Shown piece after piece: positions 6,554-16,324 of a stretch of DNA of 60,773 bases (positions are counted from its first letter, which is position 1; the number at the start of each line of letters is the position of its first letter). Origin of the DNA: a virus (lineage: Duplodnaviria > Caudoviricetes); IMG/VR virus record IMGVR_UViG_3300030107_004154, positions 1-60,773 of that record; one strand, 5' to 3'. The notes beneath the pieces were generated by a model that did no database searches, was not told the origin of the DNA, and worked only from the letters and a program-made list of their open reading frames with translations. Position numbers and translations under genes: made by a program.

Positions 6554-9525
6554 TATGGATCCTCTCCTCCACCTGGAGGTCCGCCTGGTCCTGGAGGTCC
6601 TGGAGGAGCACTTGCGGTTACTACAGTATAGATATCGTTGATTGAGCCTATCTCTAACTTAACGTATTCAGAAGCGCTATACCCAGCATCACTTGTTGTT
6701 CTTACCTGTACCGTGTCACCAGAAGCTACAGTAGCTGTCCCCACATTAGTCCAAGCTCCACTATTAATTTTATATTGAGCATTACCAGAGCTACTAGTCC
6801 CAGTAAAAGTAGCAGTGCCAGAAGTAAAACCAGACCCAGATAAGGTAATAGTATTAGAGGTGTATAGAGTACTAAGGCTTGCTCCAGTTACATCTGTAAA
6901 AGTAAACTGGGCAGGTTCATTAACCCCAAATTTATAAAATCGTGCTTCTACAAATTCAACTTGTCTAGCATCTGGCCCACCATCCCCTTGTCCATACATA
7001 TATAATTTTGCCGTACCACTATGAACATGTCTAAAAGTAACAGGGATATTAGTTGTATCTTGGTTAGAATCTAAACGCCCTTCACTTACCATGCCGGTCA
7101 TCTTGTCTAGTGTTGGGCTAGAATAACTACAGTATTGGGAGTAAGTAGCTGGCATACCCCCTTTAGACGTTATAGTAGAATTGTCTACAATAGGGTTAGT
7201 GTCAGTACCTCCACTAGTTTGCGTAACATCTACAGTAAGAGAGCTATCTGCTACCATAAAATGTATAGTTTTTACATATCCAGGGTAATCCCCACCTGCT
7301 GCTCTTATATAACCAGTGTAAATACCAGCCCCTGTACCTATATCCCCTAAATAAGTGTATCGTCCTGAGTTATTATAAAAGGTCCCTACCGCTGTTCCTG
7401 TTTTCTTAAACCCGGTAGTAGGTAAAATAAGTTGATCTAGTACCGTTAATTTACTTGCCGCTAAAGTATCAATCTTAGCATTTGTAACAGCAGCATCCTC
7501 AATCTTAGCTGTTTCAATAGCCGCATCTGCAATTTGAGCAGTGTCTATCTGAGCAGTACCTATCTTAGCTGTGGTTATTTGGGCATCCCCAATTTTAGCT
7601 GTAGTTATTTGAGCATCACCAATTTTAGCTGTAGTTATGGCAGCATCATTTATTTTAGCTGTTTCTATAGCAGCATCTGCAATTTGAGCAGTGTCAATCG
7701 CAGCGTTTTGAATCATCGCATTATTCATATAAACAACATTACTGCTTACGATAAAAGGTGCAGTACTTGAACTGCTGTCATTCCATATTGCAAACTTATC
7801 TGCTTGAAATTGGACCGCGGATGCCGAACCGCCGTCCGCGTTCGCTTCTAAAACCATACCTGCTACAGAGCCATTAGCCGCTACTTGTAGAACATACGAA
7901 GCTTGAGCATTGCCTTCTGCATCTGCTGTAACCTTAGCTAATTGTGCTATGCCTGCGCTTGTACCTATAAAATTATCCGTTGTTTTTGTATAAGCAGAAT
8001 ATGCAGTTGTACTTGTTGCAGCATCTCCTGGAACCGTTATAGTCAGTTCAGTATCACTAACCCTACTCGCAATTCTAAAGGTTTGATTTAGTCTAGCTGC
8101 AGTTATACCCCCTGTAGCCGAAGCCCCCACTAAAGTTATAAAGGCGCCTGCTGTTACCATACCACTAGTAATACCATGGGCGGCAGTAGCATCCGAGCCG
8201 CTATTTGTTCTTGTTTCTATACCAACTGTATTATTAGAGTTAGTTTTTATACGAACTCCAAATTCATTCCCTACTTTAGCCTGTAGCGCAGTAATACTAG
8301 TAGCATTAGCTCCCGTCTCACTAGCACGTGTACTTGCTTCTGAGGTTACAGCAGCTTGGGTAGTAACATCTCTAACTAGCTCCCATTCCCCTGAAGTAAC
8401 TTGATCTGCCCCAGCTGAAGCTGCCCAATATTGTTTATTAGAATCGTTCGTGTCAAACCACAGATCCCCAGCGTTGTACGAAGTAGGAACACCATCTTGG
8501 GCAAAAATATAAGAACCACCACTTCCAGGGATGCCAGAAGAGGTAGCCAAAACCCACTCCCCTGCAGTTACTTGGTCTGCAGTTGCAGAATGTGCCGTGT
8601 ACATTTTATTACTATCATTTGAATCTATCCAAATATCCCCGACGTTTGTAGCAGTAGGAACAGCATCTTGGACAAAAGTTCTAGTTTTAGTATTAACGGT
8701 CGAAGTTAAAGAAGAAAGGCTAGTCATAGCCTGTGTATCACGAGCCGCTTCCCATCCATTATTGCTTGAGTTTCGTATATAAAGTTGATTGTTATCGTTA
8801 GTGTCATACCACATATCTATTGCTTGTAGTGCGGAACCATCAGCTCTTTGTGTTGGGGCAGCGTCTTGTCTAAATATATTAGTAGAATTAGCAGTTACTA
8901 GACCCGGTACAGTTGTACTAATTAGAGTAGAGTATCCAGGCAGTCCACTTAATTCCTCAGAAAGACTTGTCATCACTGCTCCTACATCAGCAGCAGTAGT
9001 AGCACTTACTCCTTCTGTAGCGTTGTATGGGCCTATTACATTTTCTCTACTTACAAACCTAATCCAATAGTAATATGTCTTGTTATACCCTACCTCATCT
9101 GTATAAACAGAAGAATGAGTAGTAGAGCGTAAAACAGCTCCTCCGATTTGATTTGTTTCGGATCTATATATTTTAGTATAAGCATGGTTAGAATACCCTG
9201 CAGGTGCCCAGTCTAGAATAACTTGGGTAAAAGCCCCCGACGCAGATAAGCTTAGAGGAATAGGGGGGACAGATAAATCTCCGGGTGGGGCCTCATCAGG
9301 TGGGACAAAATCTTTAGGGTTTTGGCCAATTGCCGTTGCCGCTTCTACTTCTTTAGCTAGTCCGCTATCTATTAACTCCCTAAGAGTAATTGCTCTATCT
9401 TTTGGATCCCCTCGACGTCCTAATCTTATTTCTAAAGCTTCAGTTAAAGAGGCTAAGGTACTTCTTAATTCAGGGCTTAAGGAAGAAGGGGGTCTAACAA
9501 TAGAAGGAACTTTAGTCTCGGCCAT
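6553..9525 (-). CDS. Tail fibre / host-specificity protein (DUF1983-like domain, 10-aa beta-helix repeats)
   Basis: [16 protein letters not shown]...FQADKFAI...[15 protein letters not shown]; [10 protein letters not shown] repeats; Fn3-like N-terminal part; three G-D-x-W-x-D-x-N-D modules. Confidence 0.8.
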   Translation of the reverse strand: MAETKVPSIVRPPSSLSPELRSTLASLTEALEIRLGRRGDPKDRAITLRELIDSGLAKEVEAATAIGQNPKDFVPPDEAPPGDLSVPPIPLSLSASGAFTQVILDWAPAGYSNHAYTKIYRSETNQIGGAVLRSTTHSSVYTDEVGYNKTYYYWIRFVSRENVIGPYNATEGVSATTAADVGAVMTSLSEELSGLPGYSTLISTTVPGLVTANSTNIFRQDAAPTQRADGSALQAIDMWYDTNDNNQLYIRNSSNNGWEAARDTQAMTSLSSLTSTVNTKTRTFVQDAVPTATNVGDIWIDSNDSNKMYTAHSATADQVTAGEWVLATSSGIPGSGGSYIFAQDGVPTSYNAGDLWFDTNDSNKQYWAASAGADQVTSGEWELVRDVTTQAAVTSEASTRASETGANATSITALQAKVGNEFGVRIKTNSNNTVGIETRTNSGSDATAAHGITSGMVTAGAFITLVGASATGGITAARLNQTFRIASRVSDTELTITVPGDAATSTTAYSAYTKTTDNFIGTSAGIAQLAKVTADAEGNAQASYVLQVAANGSVAGMVLEANADGGSASAVQFQADKFAIWNDSSSSTAPFIVSSNVVYMNNAMIQNAAIDTAQIADAAIETAKINDAAITTAKIGDAQITTAKIGDAQITTAKIGTAQIDTAQIADAAIETAKIEDAAVTNAKIDTLAASKLTVLDQLILPTTGFKKTGTAVGTFYNNSGRYTYLGDIGTGAGIYTGYIRAAGGDYPGYVKTIHFMVADSSLTVDVTQTSGGTDTNPIVDNSTITSKGGMPATYSQYCSYSSPTLDKMTGMVSEGRLDSNQDTTNIPVTFRHVHSGTAKLYMYGQGDGGPDARQVEFVEARFYKFGVNEPAQFTFTDVTGASLSTLYTSNTITLSGSGFTSGTATFTGTSSSGNAQYKINSGAWTNVGTATVASGDTVQVRTTSDAGYSASEYVKLEIGSINDIYTVVTASAPPGPPGPGGPPGGGEDP

Positions 9526-11561
9526 TAGATTCCCCTTAATTCATCAATAGATTCCCCTATACATATTTCATTAACAACAGTGGCCCCAATAACCTCTATA
9601 GCAAATGTGGAATGTACACTAGCTGGCAATCTAACTATTGGCTCTTGTATAGCAGTAGCACCAAAACTAGGAGTGGCACCAGTAACAGCGTAAGCACTGC
9701 CAGAAGTAGAAATAGTAGCGTCATATATAACAGACCCGTCTCCATATATTTTTATTTGTACTGGATATGTATCTGCCTCTACTTTAGCAAACCCCATACT
9801 AGTTGGCTTTGGAAGAGCAATTTCTTTTGATTTCCAATTAAAAGTGAGGTTAGACCCCCCTCCTTGGAATTTTTCAATCTTGTTTCCTATAATTATATAT
9901 AACTGATTATCATCTGGGTCTGTAAAACCACCACGTATAAGGGCACTAGCATCTAAGTCTATAAAAGCAGAATCTGAAAGCCTAGTAGTGTTCCCATCTT
10001 TTACAAGCCTTGGGTCAAATATAAACCCTCCATATCTAGGGGATCCACTCCCCCTATCAAAAAAACCTACATATTTATCTTCCCATTGAAAACCTGTAAT
10101 AGTAGAAGGGTAATAATCAGACTGCCATTGTGTTGGGGAGATAAGTGCTTCTGTAATTACCTGTCCTCCTCCCTCAGAAACCGCCACTAACCCATCTGGG
10201 CCTGCATAGTATACAACTCCTCCCATATCTACCATTGAACGTTTTTGTAAACAGGCTTGGCTTAAATCTGTACGAACCCCCATTAGAGAAGCTGCATCAT
10301 AACCCACTATAAGATATGGGGTTCCTTTGGTTGCTACAAATAGACCCCTTGAAGTGGGTTTGACCCCTACTATTTCTTCTTCTATTGTTACTCTATAACT
10401 AGAAGGCCAAGCATGAGGTTGGTAAGCTTCAGAAAAACAAACTCTTTTACCGGTAAACCCAGCAAACATTCCCCCTGGCATTGCACATAATCCTTTCACA
10501 GGCCCATCTGGATAGAGACTTGTGTCTTCATTAGGAGGTCCTATCCAATATGTAGAAGGTATAACTTCAGCTAATTCCTTATTCTTAGAAGTATCTGTAT
10601 AAGTTGCATCTGCTAAATTTACCTCTGCAACAAATTGAAAAGCTGTAGTATTTGAACCTGTATTTGATCTATAGATACGTTTTTTAGATAGGTTAGTATT
10701 AGTCCTTCCTGCACTACTTCCAGCTGAAGTTTCTAGACCACTAATGGCCACTGATTGGTTATCATCTGTCTCTATATTGCTAGATGCTGGGGAAGGAGGC
10801 CCTTCCTCTCCATAGGCAGAAACAAAGGTATATACATAGGAAGTTTCATAATCGAGCTGGGCATCTGATTTCCCCCCAACTTTTACCCCGTCCGCTACAC
10901 TCCCTGAAGTAGCACCACTTGTAGCTGCAGCAGCTAGCTCTACAGTAAGAGTACTAGTGCTAGGTACAGTTTTTATTCTATATGTACCATTTATATTTTC
11001 AGCTGTTATCCCTGCGGTAGTTGAAAACCCTTCAAGAGTTACATACTCCCCTACAACTGCACTATGAGCTGTGGGGGAACCACTAGATAAAGTGGTAACC
11101 GTAATAGTAGCGGATTCGTTTGTAGTAGTTATTGTGCCATCAAAACTAGTTTCAGCAACTACTGCTACTGTTGGCGCTGCTGTAGGTGCGGGGATTCCTA
11201 GTCGATATGAATTGTTAGGGTAAACTGAACCTCCTATAACATCAGAAGAACGGCCCATTTTTGCGTAAGTACCATCTCCGGTCCAATATACCGTGTTATT
11301 AGTATCCCCTTCAATAGGGCCGAGCTCTACATTTACATCATCATCAAATTGAAGCCAACGAACTGGATCATCTGTATATTTAAAAATACTATTTCTAGTA
11401 CTATTACTTAGAGTAAGAGCATCAGAATTAGTCTTGAGAGGAACAATACGACCACTTTCAAGATCTACATCTGTCGCTACCTGGGCAAAATTTTCCTTTA
11501 AAAGCCTAGGGGAAGAACGTGGTGCACGCCCTCCGAATGTAATAAGTTTGAAGTATGCCAT
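9525..11561 (-). CDS. Tail tubular/nozzle (stabilisation) protein
   Basis: N-terminal [41 protein letters not shown]; position in tail block. Confidence 0.65.
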   Translation of the reverse strand: MAYFKLITFGGRAPRSSPRLLKENFAQVATDVDLESGRIVPLKTNSDALTLSNSTRNSIFKYTDDPVRWLQFDDDVNVELGPIEGDTNNTVYWTGDGTYAKMGRSSDVIGGSVYPNNSYRLGIPAPTAAPTVAVVAETSFDGTITTTNESATITVTTLSSGSPTAHSAVVGEYVTLEGFSTTAGITAENINGTYRIKTVPSTSTLTVELAAAATSGATSGSVADGVKVGGKSDAQLDYETSYVYTFVSAYGEEGPPSPASSNIETDDNQSVAISGLETSAGSSAGRTNTNLSKKRIYRSNTGSNTTAFQFVAEVNLADATYTDTSKNKELAEVIPSTYWIGPPNEDTSLYPDGPVKGLCAMPGGMFAGFTGKRVCFSEAYQPHAWPSSYRVTIEEEIVGVKPTSRGLFVATKGTPYLIVGYDAASLMGVRTDLSQACLQKRSMVDMGGVVYYAGPDGLVAVSEGGGQVITEALISPTQWQSDYYPSTITGFQWEDKYVGFFDRGSGSPRYGGFIFDPRLVKDGNTTRLSDSAFIDLDASALIRGGFTDPDDNQLYIIIGNKIEKFQGGGSNLTFNWKSKEIALPKPTSMGFAKVEADTYPVQIKIYGDGSVIYDATISTSGSAYAVTGATPSFGATAIQEPIVRLPASVHSTFAIEVIGATVVNEICIGESIDELRGI

Positions 11562-11571
11562 AATTTATTCA

Positions 11572-12024
11572 TTATACATTATTAAGAACCGTCGTTTGTA
11601 ATTCTAGACTCCTTCTTCCTACTTGTTTAAACCACCTAGAGTCTTCCATTTCTCTAGCCATACGCTCCCAATCATGTTCTCTACAAGCTTCTAACATGTT
11701 TTTAAAGTTAGAAAGCCTATTGCCCCCTAGGTTAAAACACATGTTTACTAGTACATGTTGGATATCTTCAGGGAGATTATAAAAGCCATCTTCTGACCCA
11801 AACACCTTAACAGCTTCTTCTAAATGTTTTTCAAAATCGTGTTCAAAGTACATATCTACTACTTCTTGTGACACGGGAGTTCCTATATCCAATACGTATT
11901 CTGGTTCCCCTTTTTGACATAGGTGACCAATACCAAGTGTTTTATATCCTAAACTATCTTCGTATATCTCTAAAACTTCACCTTCATGTCGTTTTATGTC
12001 TTCTTTACACTGTTCTATATTCAT
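11572..12024 (-). CDS. Endolysin, T4-lysozyme-like (GH24)
   Basis: Catalytic E-x8-D-x5-T pattern HEGEVLEIYEDSLGYKTLGIGH; NMCFNLG; SRWFKQVGRR. Confidence 0.92.
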   Translation of the reverse strand: MNIEQCKEDIKRHEGEVLEIYEDSLGYKTLGIGHLCQKGEPEYVLDIGTPVSQEVVDMYFEHDFEKHLEEAVKVFGSEDGFYNLPEDIQHVLVNMCFNLGGNRLSNFKNMLEACREHDWERMAREMEDSRWFKQVGRRSLELQTTVLNNV

Positions 12025-12284
12025 TGTGTAACAATCTCGGACTCTTTTGTAGGTTTTATATTATCCTCAACCATTATTACTTTCAGGTCCCCTACAATTT
12101 TTTGTTGGGCTGTTTCTACCTTTTTTACCTCATACTGAGCTTCAGTCCAATCAGTTTGTAGTCGTACTAACATATTAAAACATTCAGCAGCTCTGTCCGT
12201 AAGAGTGCTTATATCGTAAGACTTACCATCAAAATTGATAAGTTGTGGGCTATCCGTAGCCATATTTATTGGTTTTTTTGCCAT
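12021..12284 (-). CDS. Small hypothetical protein (DUF6447-like)
   Basis: INFDGKSYDISTL followed by coiled coil; SD GGAGG. Confidence 0.55.
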   Translation of the reverse strand: MAKKPINMATDSPQLINFDGKSYDISTLTDRAAECFNMLVRLQTDWTEAQYEVKKVETAQQKIVGDLKVIMVEDNIKPTKESEIVTQ

Positions 12285-12293
12285 TCTTCCCTC

Positions 12294-12491
12294 CTATGAA
12301 AAGATTCTTTCTACGCCACTAGCTGCAATAATTAGAATATAAAGACCTAAAATATACCTAGTGAACTTAGCGTCCATAGCATCAAATTTAGCGTCTCCTT
12401 TATCTAATCTTTTTTCTATGTTCGCATAGCGGATAGCACATTCTCTTTCATGTGCTGCTATCTTTTCCATAGATTCTTTCGCCGTAGCCAT
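12294..12491 (-). CDS. Small coiled-coil + TM protein (possible holin/lysis accessory)
   Basis: AHERECAIRY motif and C-terminal TM helix, near the endolysin. Confidence 0.55.
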   Translation of the reverse strand: MATAKESMEKIAAHERECAIRYANIEKRLDKGDAKFDAMDAKFTRYILGLYILIIAASGVERIFS

Positions 12492-12505
12492 GCCTAATTA
12501 TAACC

Positions 12506-13222
12506 TTAGTCGAAGGAAACCGTAAAGTTCCCATCTATGAGAGCAGATGGACCTGTTCCACCACTCGCTGAAGACCAACTCCATTGGTATACAAGCCTAC
12601 TATAGTAAAAAGTAGGAAGACCTACATTCCTTGCAAATTTATACCCTACCCCATCGTCTCCGCTCGCAGCGTGTCCTTTAACATAAACATTACTCCAGTC
12701 TGTATCTCCTGTATCACATCCACTCCCTTCAAACGCTATTTTAAAAGTAAAAGTGTCAACTATCCCATCTAGTTGTTGAAAAGTTGCTCCTGAGAGCCAC
12801 TTATTGCTATCAAAATCACTACCATTTGGCTTTGCGTTAGAAGAACTTAGTGCTAAAGCAGAAGTGGTGTATGAGGTATCTCCATCGTCAAGGGATCCAA
12901 TTTGGGTAGTGGTACCATTATTAGTCATCCCTTGCATACCCCCCACTGTACCCCAGCCTTTTATATACACGGTAGTGGTTACCGTCTCTTTAGTGATTTG
13001 TTGTTCAAAGTTGTAAGAAGTATCTCCTCCTGTTACTTCGTAGGAGTTAGCCCAGTCTCTAAAGTGTGAAGTAGCTGTATTACTAGTGCCATGAGTATTT
13101 ACAGTAGTACCATTAGTTCTAGGTCTATAGTCTTGGTAAGTGCTAGCATCCACAGCCCCACTGTTATTCATTACATCACGCATGCCATCCATGCTTAAAT
13201 TTGTCCAAACTAGTTTACTCAT
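12506..13222 (-). CDS. Hypothetical virion protein (T/S/G-rich; possible distal fibre/adhesin)
   Basis: 238-aa ORF; ATGA overlap; beta-rich composition. Confidence 0.5.
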   Translation of the reverse strand: MSKLVWTNLSMDGMRDVMNNSGAVDASTYQDYRPRTNGTTVNTHGTSNTATSHFRDWANSYEVTGGDTSYNFEQQITKETVTTTVYIKGWGTVGGMQGMTNNGTTTQIGSLDDGDTSYTTSALALSSSNAKPNGSDFDSNKWLSGATFQQLDGIVDTFTFKIAFEGSGCDTGDTDWSNVYVKGHAASGDDGVGYKFARNVGLPTFYYSRLVYQWSWSSASGGTGPSALIDGNFTVSFD

Positions 13223-13911
13223 AGAAAATCTACCTCAATTACATCATGAGTAACAGTATACTCATTTATTAATGTGTCTGGTACTTCTTCCCCTCCTGCA
13301 CTGCCATCTTCAGTAGGAACAACAACTCCCCCTGGTGTTCTATATTTATATTCTTTAGTTAGCTCAGAAACTGTATAAGTAGACCAGTCTATAAGTGAAT
13401 TAGGTTGTTGTAAGCCAGCTATTTCAGCACGCTTGAAAGTTGCAGTCATAGGGCCGTCTTTTGCTGTATAACTTTTCTTTTTTATTGCCCCTAGTTCTTT
13501 CCACACTTCAACTCTAGCGTTTTGCCACTCTACGTTAAAAACATACTCTCTACTATTAGAGGTATTAGGCCTAACTAAACTTCTACATTCATTAATAGAC
13601 CTATCAGAATTGTCATAAAAGGACTCTTCTAGGGTTAATAAATAACCATCTTCATAACTAGCAGTAACACAATATCCCTCTTTAAGCCTATAAACAACTG
13701 CATAGTTAAATTGTTTATACCACCAGTTTGCCTTATCTTCATCCGTTGCTGCTTTATAGTCTGCGTCTGAGACTGTACCTTTTGTCCAATAGGCGTATGA
13801 TAAATTACCTCCATCTATATAAGGCTTAGAAGCCATATACATATTAAAGATATCTCCATTATCTAAATGCTCTTTTAGTTCTTCGCTTGTAAGGTTTTTA
13901 GCTGTAAACAT
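13219..13911 (-). CDS. Hypothetical protein
   Basis: 230-aa ORF tightly packed between neighbours. Confidence 0.55.
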   Translation of the reverse strand: MFTAKNLTSEELKEHLDNGDIFNMYMASKPYIDGGNLSYAYWTKGTVSDADYKAATDEDKANWWYKQFNYAVVYRLKEGYCVTASYEDGYLLTLEESFYDNSDRSINECRSLVRPNTSNSREYVFNVEWQNARVEVWKELGAIKKKSYTAKDGPMTATFKRAEIAGLQQPNSLIDWSTYTVSELTKEYKYRTPGGVVVPTEDGSAGGEEVPDTLINEYTVTHDVIEVDFL

Positions 13912-13913
13912 TC

Positions 13914-15746
13914 CTAAATTGTATCATTAGGGAACCTCTGAGACCATATGGTCAAGCTATACTTAGTACCACTTTTTAACTCTAAACATTCATGTGGGTG
14001 GGTTACAGCCCCTGGAAATAACAATAGTTTACCTACAGGGATATCTTTATTACTTAGGTTTTGACGTGGGAAACTTAGTTCTCCCCCCTCATATCCTTCG
14101 TTTAGTTTAACAGACCCTGTGACGTAGGAAGCATCATGATGTAAAGATAACTTAGTCTGTGTTTCAGGTGAATATTTAAGAATAAAAGCATCTCTTAAAC
14201 CATACATTAATAAAGGCTTCCAATGTTTTTCAGCGATTGGGGCAATATATTTTTGCCAGTGAAATTCTAACATTTCCCAAAGTTCTAGTTGTTTTAAACG
14301 TATCTCTTGTGCAGGAAACTTATCATAATCTAAACTTTTCCAATTCCCATTAGCATTGGCCATATTAATAAGGTCTTCACATTGAGAAATAGTCATAAAA
14401 TCTACTAGAAGCATGTCATTCTCGAGGAGTTCATATTCTCCTAGGTTAGCTATAAATAAAGAAGATTGATTTGGATAAAGTTTTTGATACAGGTTTTCAA
14501 AATGTTTTTTAGCCTCAGCCCCACCATTTCCATGGTAGATACAAGGGCAGCAAATACCATTATCTAACTGTCCATTTGTAACTTGTATTCCAGGTTCATG
14601 TGTTTGAAAAATGTAACCCTCAGTATCTAACACAATATCATAAAGGCCTTCAAGATAAGCTTCTTGGTAAAAAAGCTGGTCATCTTCTTGGTCTGTTATA
14701 TTTGAGTGGCTTAATATTTTTTTTAGTTCTCCTACTTCTCCTATAAAAGTTCCAGAATTAAGGTAACGGTAAGGGGTATTAGTTGGAGGGAATTGTTCAG
14801 CTATACTTTCGTCTGGCCAACAAACAGATTCCGCTGAAAACACAACCTTGTGGTTAAACCCTTTATAACGTTCTTTTATAGTATGTAGAGTATCTGCATA
14901 AAACACGTCGTACGCGTCTGTGAAGAGTACAATATCCGTGTCCGGAAGTTCTTCATACTCCATATGGGCCTTTAAGAGGTTTATTTTCATTCCACCCCCA
15001 GGGCCAGTCATATCAGTACCATTCCATTGCACTTTTTCTCCAATGTTTAGGTATTTAATACCTTGGACATGGGCTGAATTTCTTAGCTTGGTAAGTTTAT
15101 TTTCCTCTGTACCTATCGTTATTACATGAACAGTACTCGCCTCTCTTATGTCTGATGGTAAAATATCAACACTAGCTTGATTACAAGCATCCTGTGATAA
15201 AGCAAGAGCATTAAAAGAATGCTTTTGTATCATCTCTGGTAAGTACTCATCTACAGGGATAATACCCGATAGAATATCTGTTTTTAATAACTTCCTAGCT
15301 CCTTTAGGTCGTATTACATAAGCAGTAGTATTGTAGGGATACCAAGGCCTTTCTAGTCTATCGTCTATTCTATTTGTTCTTTCTGGTTCATTTTCATTAC
15401 GTTGTAAGTATAAGAAGTCCCAACTATCTATAACTTTTTCATAATATTCTTCATCCCAAGTTTCATTAATAATTGCGTCATCTTCAAGTACTATAATTGG
15501 TTCATCCAGTTCTACACATTTCTCCCAAGCTTTTCTGTGGGATAAGAAACAGGCTACTTCAGTAGGAAGAATAGGTCTATTAAGAAAAGGATCTACCCAT
15601 CCCTCTCTTGTTGGATACATTGAAAGGTCCTCTAGCTCCCCATCTACGGCTGTTATGAATTCTACAGAAAGGTTGTTATTTTCTATAAAATGGTCCCGTC
15701 TATCTTCCCGTCTTTCTAAATTGATAACAAACTTTTTTAACGCCAT
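13914..15746 (-). CDS. Trifunctional collagen-modifying enzyme: GT25 (COLGALT-like) + PLOD/LH3-type glycosyltransferase + lysyl-hydroxylase-like 2OG-Fe(II) oxygenase
   Basis: GT25: VINLERREDRR, GWVDPFLNRP, CFLSH, LEDDA, GARKLL..PVDEYLP. PLOD-GT: GGGMKI, FTDAYDV, FSAESVCWP, YLNSGTFIG, DDQLFY, HGNG. LH: LSLHHDAS, YEGG, PGAVTHPHE. Confidence 0.88.
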   Translation of the reverse strand: MALKKFVINLERREDRRDHFIENNNLSVEFITAVDGELEDLSMYPTREGWVDPFLNRPILPTEVACFLSHRKAWEKCVELDEPIIVLEDDAIINETWDEEYYEKVIDSWDFLYLQRNENEPERTNRIDDRLERPWYPYNTTAYVIRPKGARKLLKTDILSGIIPVDEYLPEMIQKHSFNALALSQDACNQASVDILPSDIREASTVHVITIGTEENKLTKLRNSAHVQGIKYLNIGEKVQWNGTDMTGPGGGMKINLLKAHMEYEELPDTDIVLFTDAYDVFYADTLHTIKERYKGFNHKVVFSAESVCWPDESIAEQFPPTNTPYRYLNSGTFIGEVGELKKILSHSNITDQEDDQLFYQEAYLEGLYDIVLDTEGYIFQTHEPGIQVTNGQLDNGICCPCIYHGNGGAEAKKHFENLYQKLYPNQSSLFIANLGEYELLENDMLLVDFMTISQCEDLINMANANGNWKSLDYDKFPAQEIRLKQLELWEMLEFHWQKYIAPIAEKHWKPLLMYGLRDAFILKYSPETQTKLSLHHDASYVTGSVKLNEGYEGGELSFPRQNLSNKDIPVGKLLLFPGAVTHPHECLELKSGTKYSLTIWSQRFPNDTI

Positions 15747-16309
15747 TTTGGTCCCTCCACCCAAGATACTAAAGATTTACGAATACCTTTAGTTACAGGT
15801 AAAACCCTATGCCGTATTGGGGAGGGGAAAACTAAAATAGTGCCTTGTTTCTTTAGAAGGTCTTTATCTGGGGCTTCATACTGAGGTTCAAGTTCAAACT
15901 CTCCCCCTTCATATTCTGAAGGATCAGAAAGTTGAATTATTATACTTAGCTTCCTGTCATAACTAGAAGGGTTCCCCCAGAAAGTGTCATGGTGCCAATT
16001 ATAATGTCCTTCTTCTGTACCTTTATATGTAGTAAATTGAATATCCCATACGTTTGTAATATCAAGTCCAAAAGCTGCTCTATTGGCACTAGATATATAA
16101 TCCCAAATTATTTTTTGAATTGTAGGAGAAGAATTTGGAGAGACCCAACGTAGTTCAGATCTACGTACGGTTAAGTCTTCCTTGGATTCCATGTTACTCT
16201 GATGTCCAATCTTTGCTGTGACTGGTTCATAGGTTTCACATTCTTTTACTATTGCTTCAACTGTAGCGCGGTCTAGTTCGCCGGCCCACATTTGCCAAAT
16301 TGCTTTCAT
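15737..16309 (-). CDS. 2OG-Fe(II) oxygenase (prolyl-hydroxylase/PKHD-like)
   Basis: HYNWHHD (HxD), RKLSIIIQL, YEGGEF, FPS..RHRVLPVTKGIRKSLVSW. Confidence 0.9.
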   Translation of the reverse strand: MKAIWQMWAGELDRATVEAIVKECETYEPVTAKIGHQSNMESKEDLTVRRSELRWVSPNSSPTIQKIIWDYISSANRAAFGLDITNVWDIQFTTYKGTEEGHYNWHHDTFWGNPSSYDRKLSIIIQLSDPSEYEGGEFELEPQYEAPDKDLLKKQGTILVFPSPIRHRVLPVTKGIRKSLVSWVEGPKWR

Positions 16310-16324
16310 AACACCTCCTGTGTT

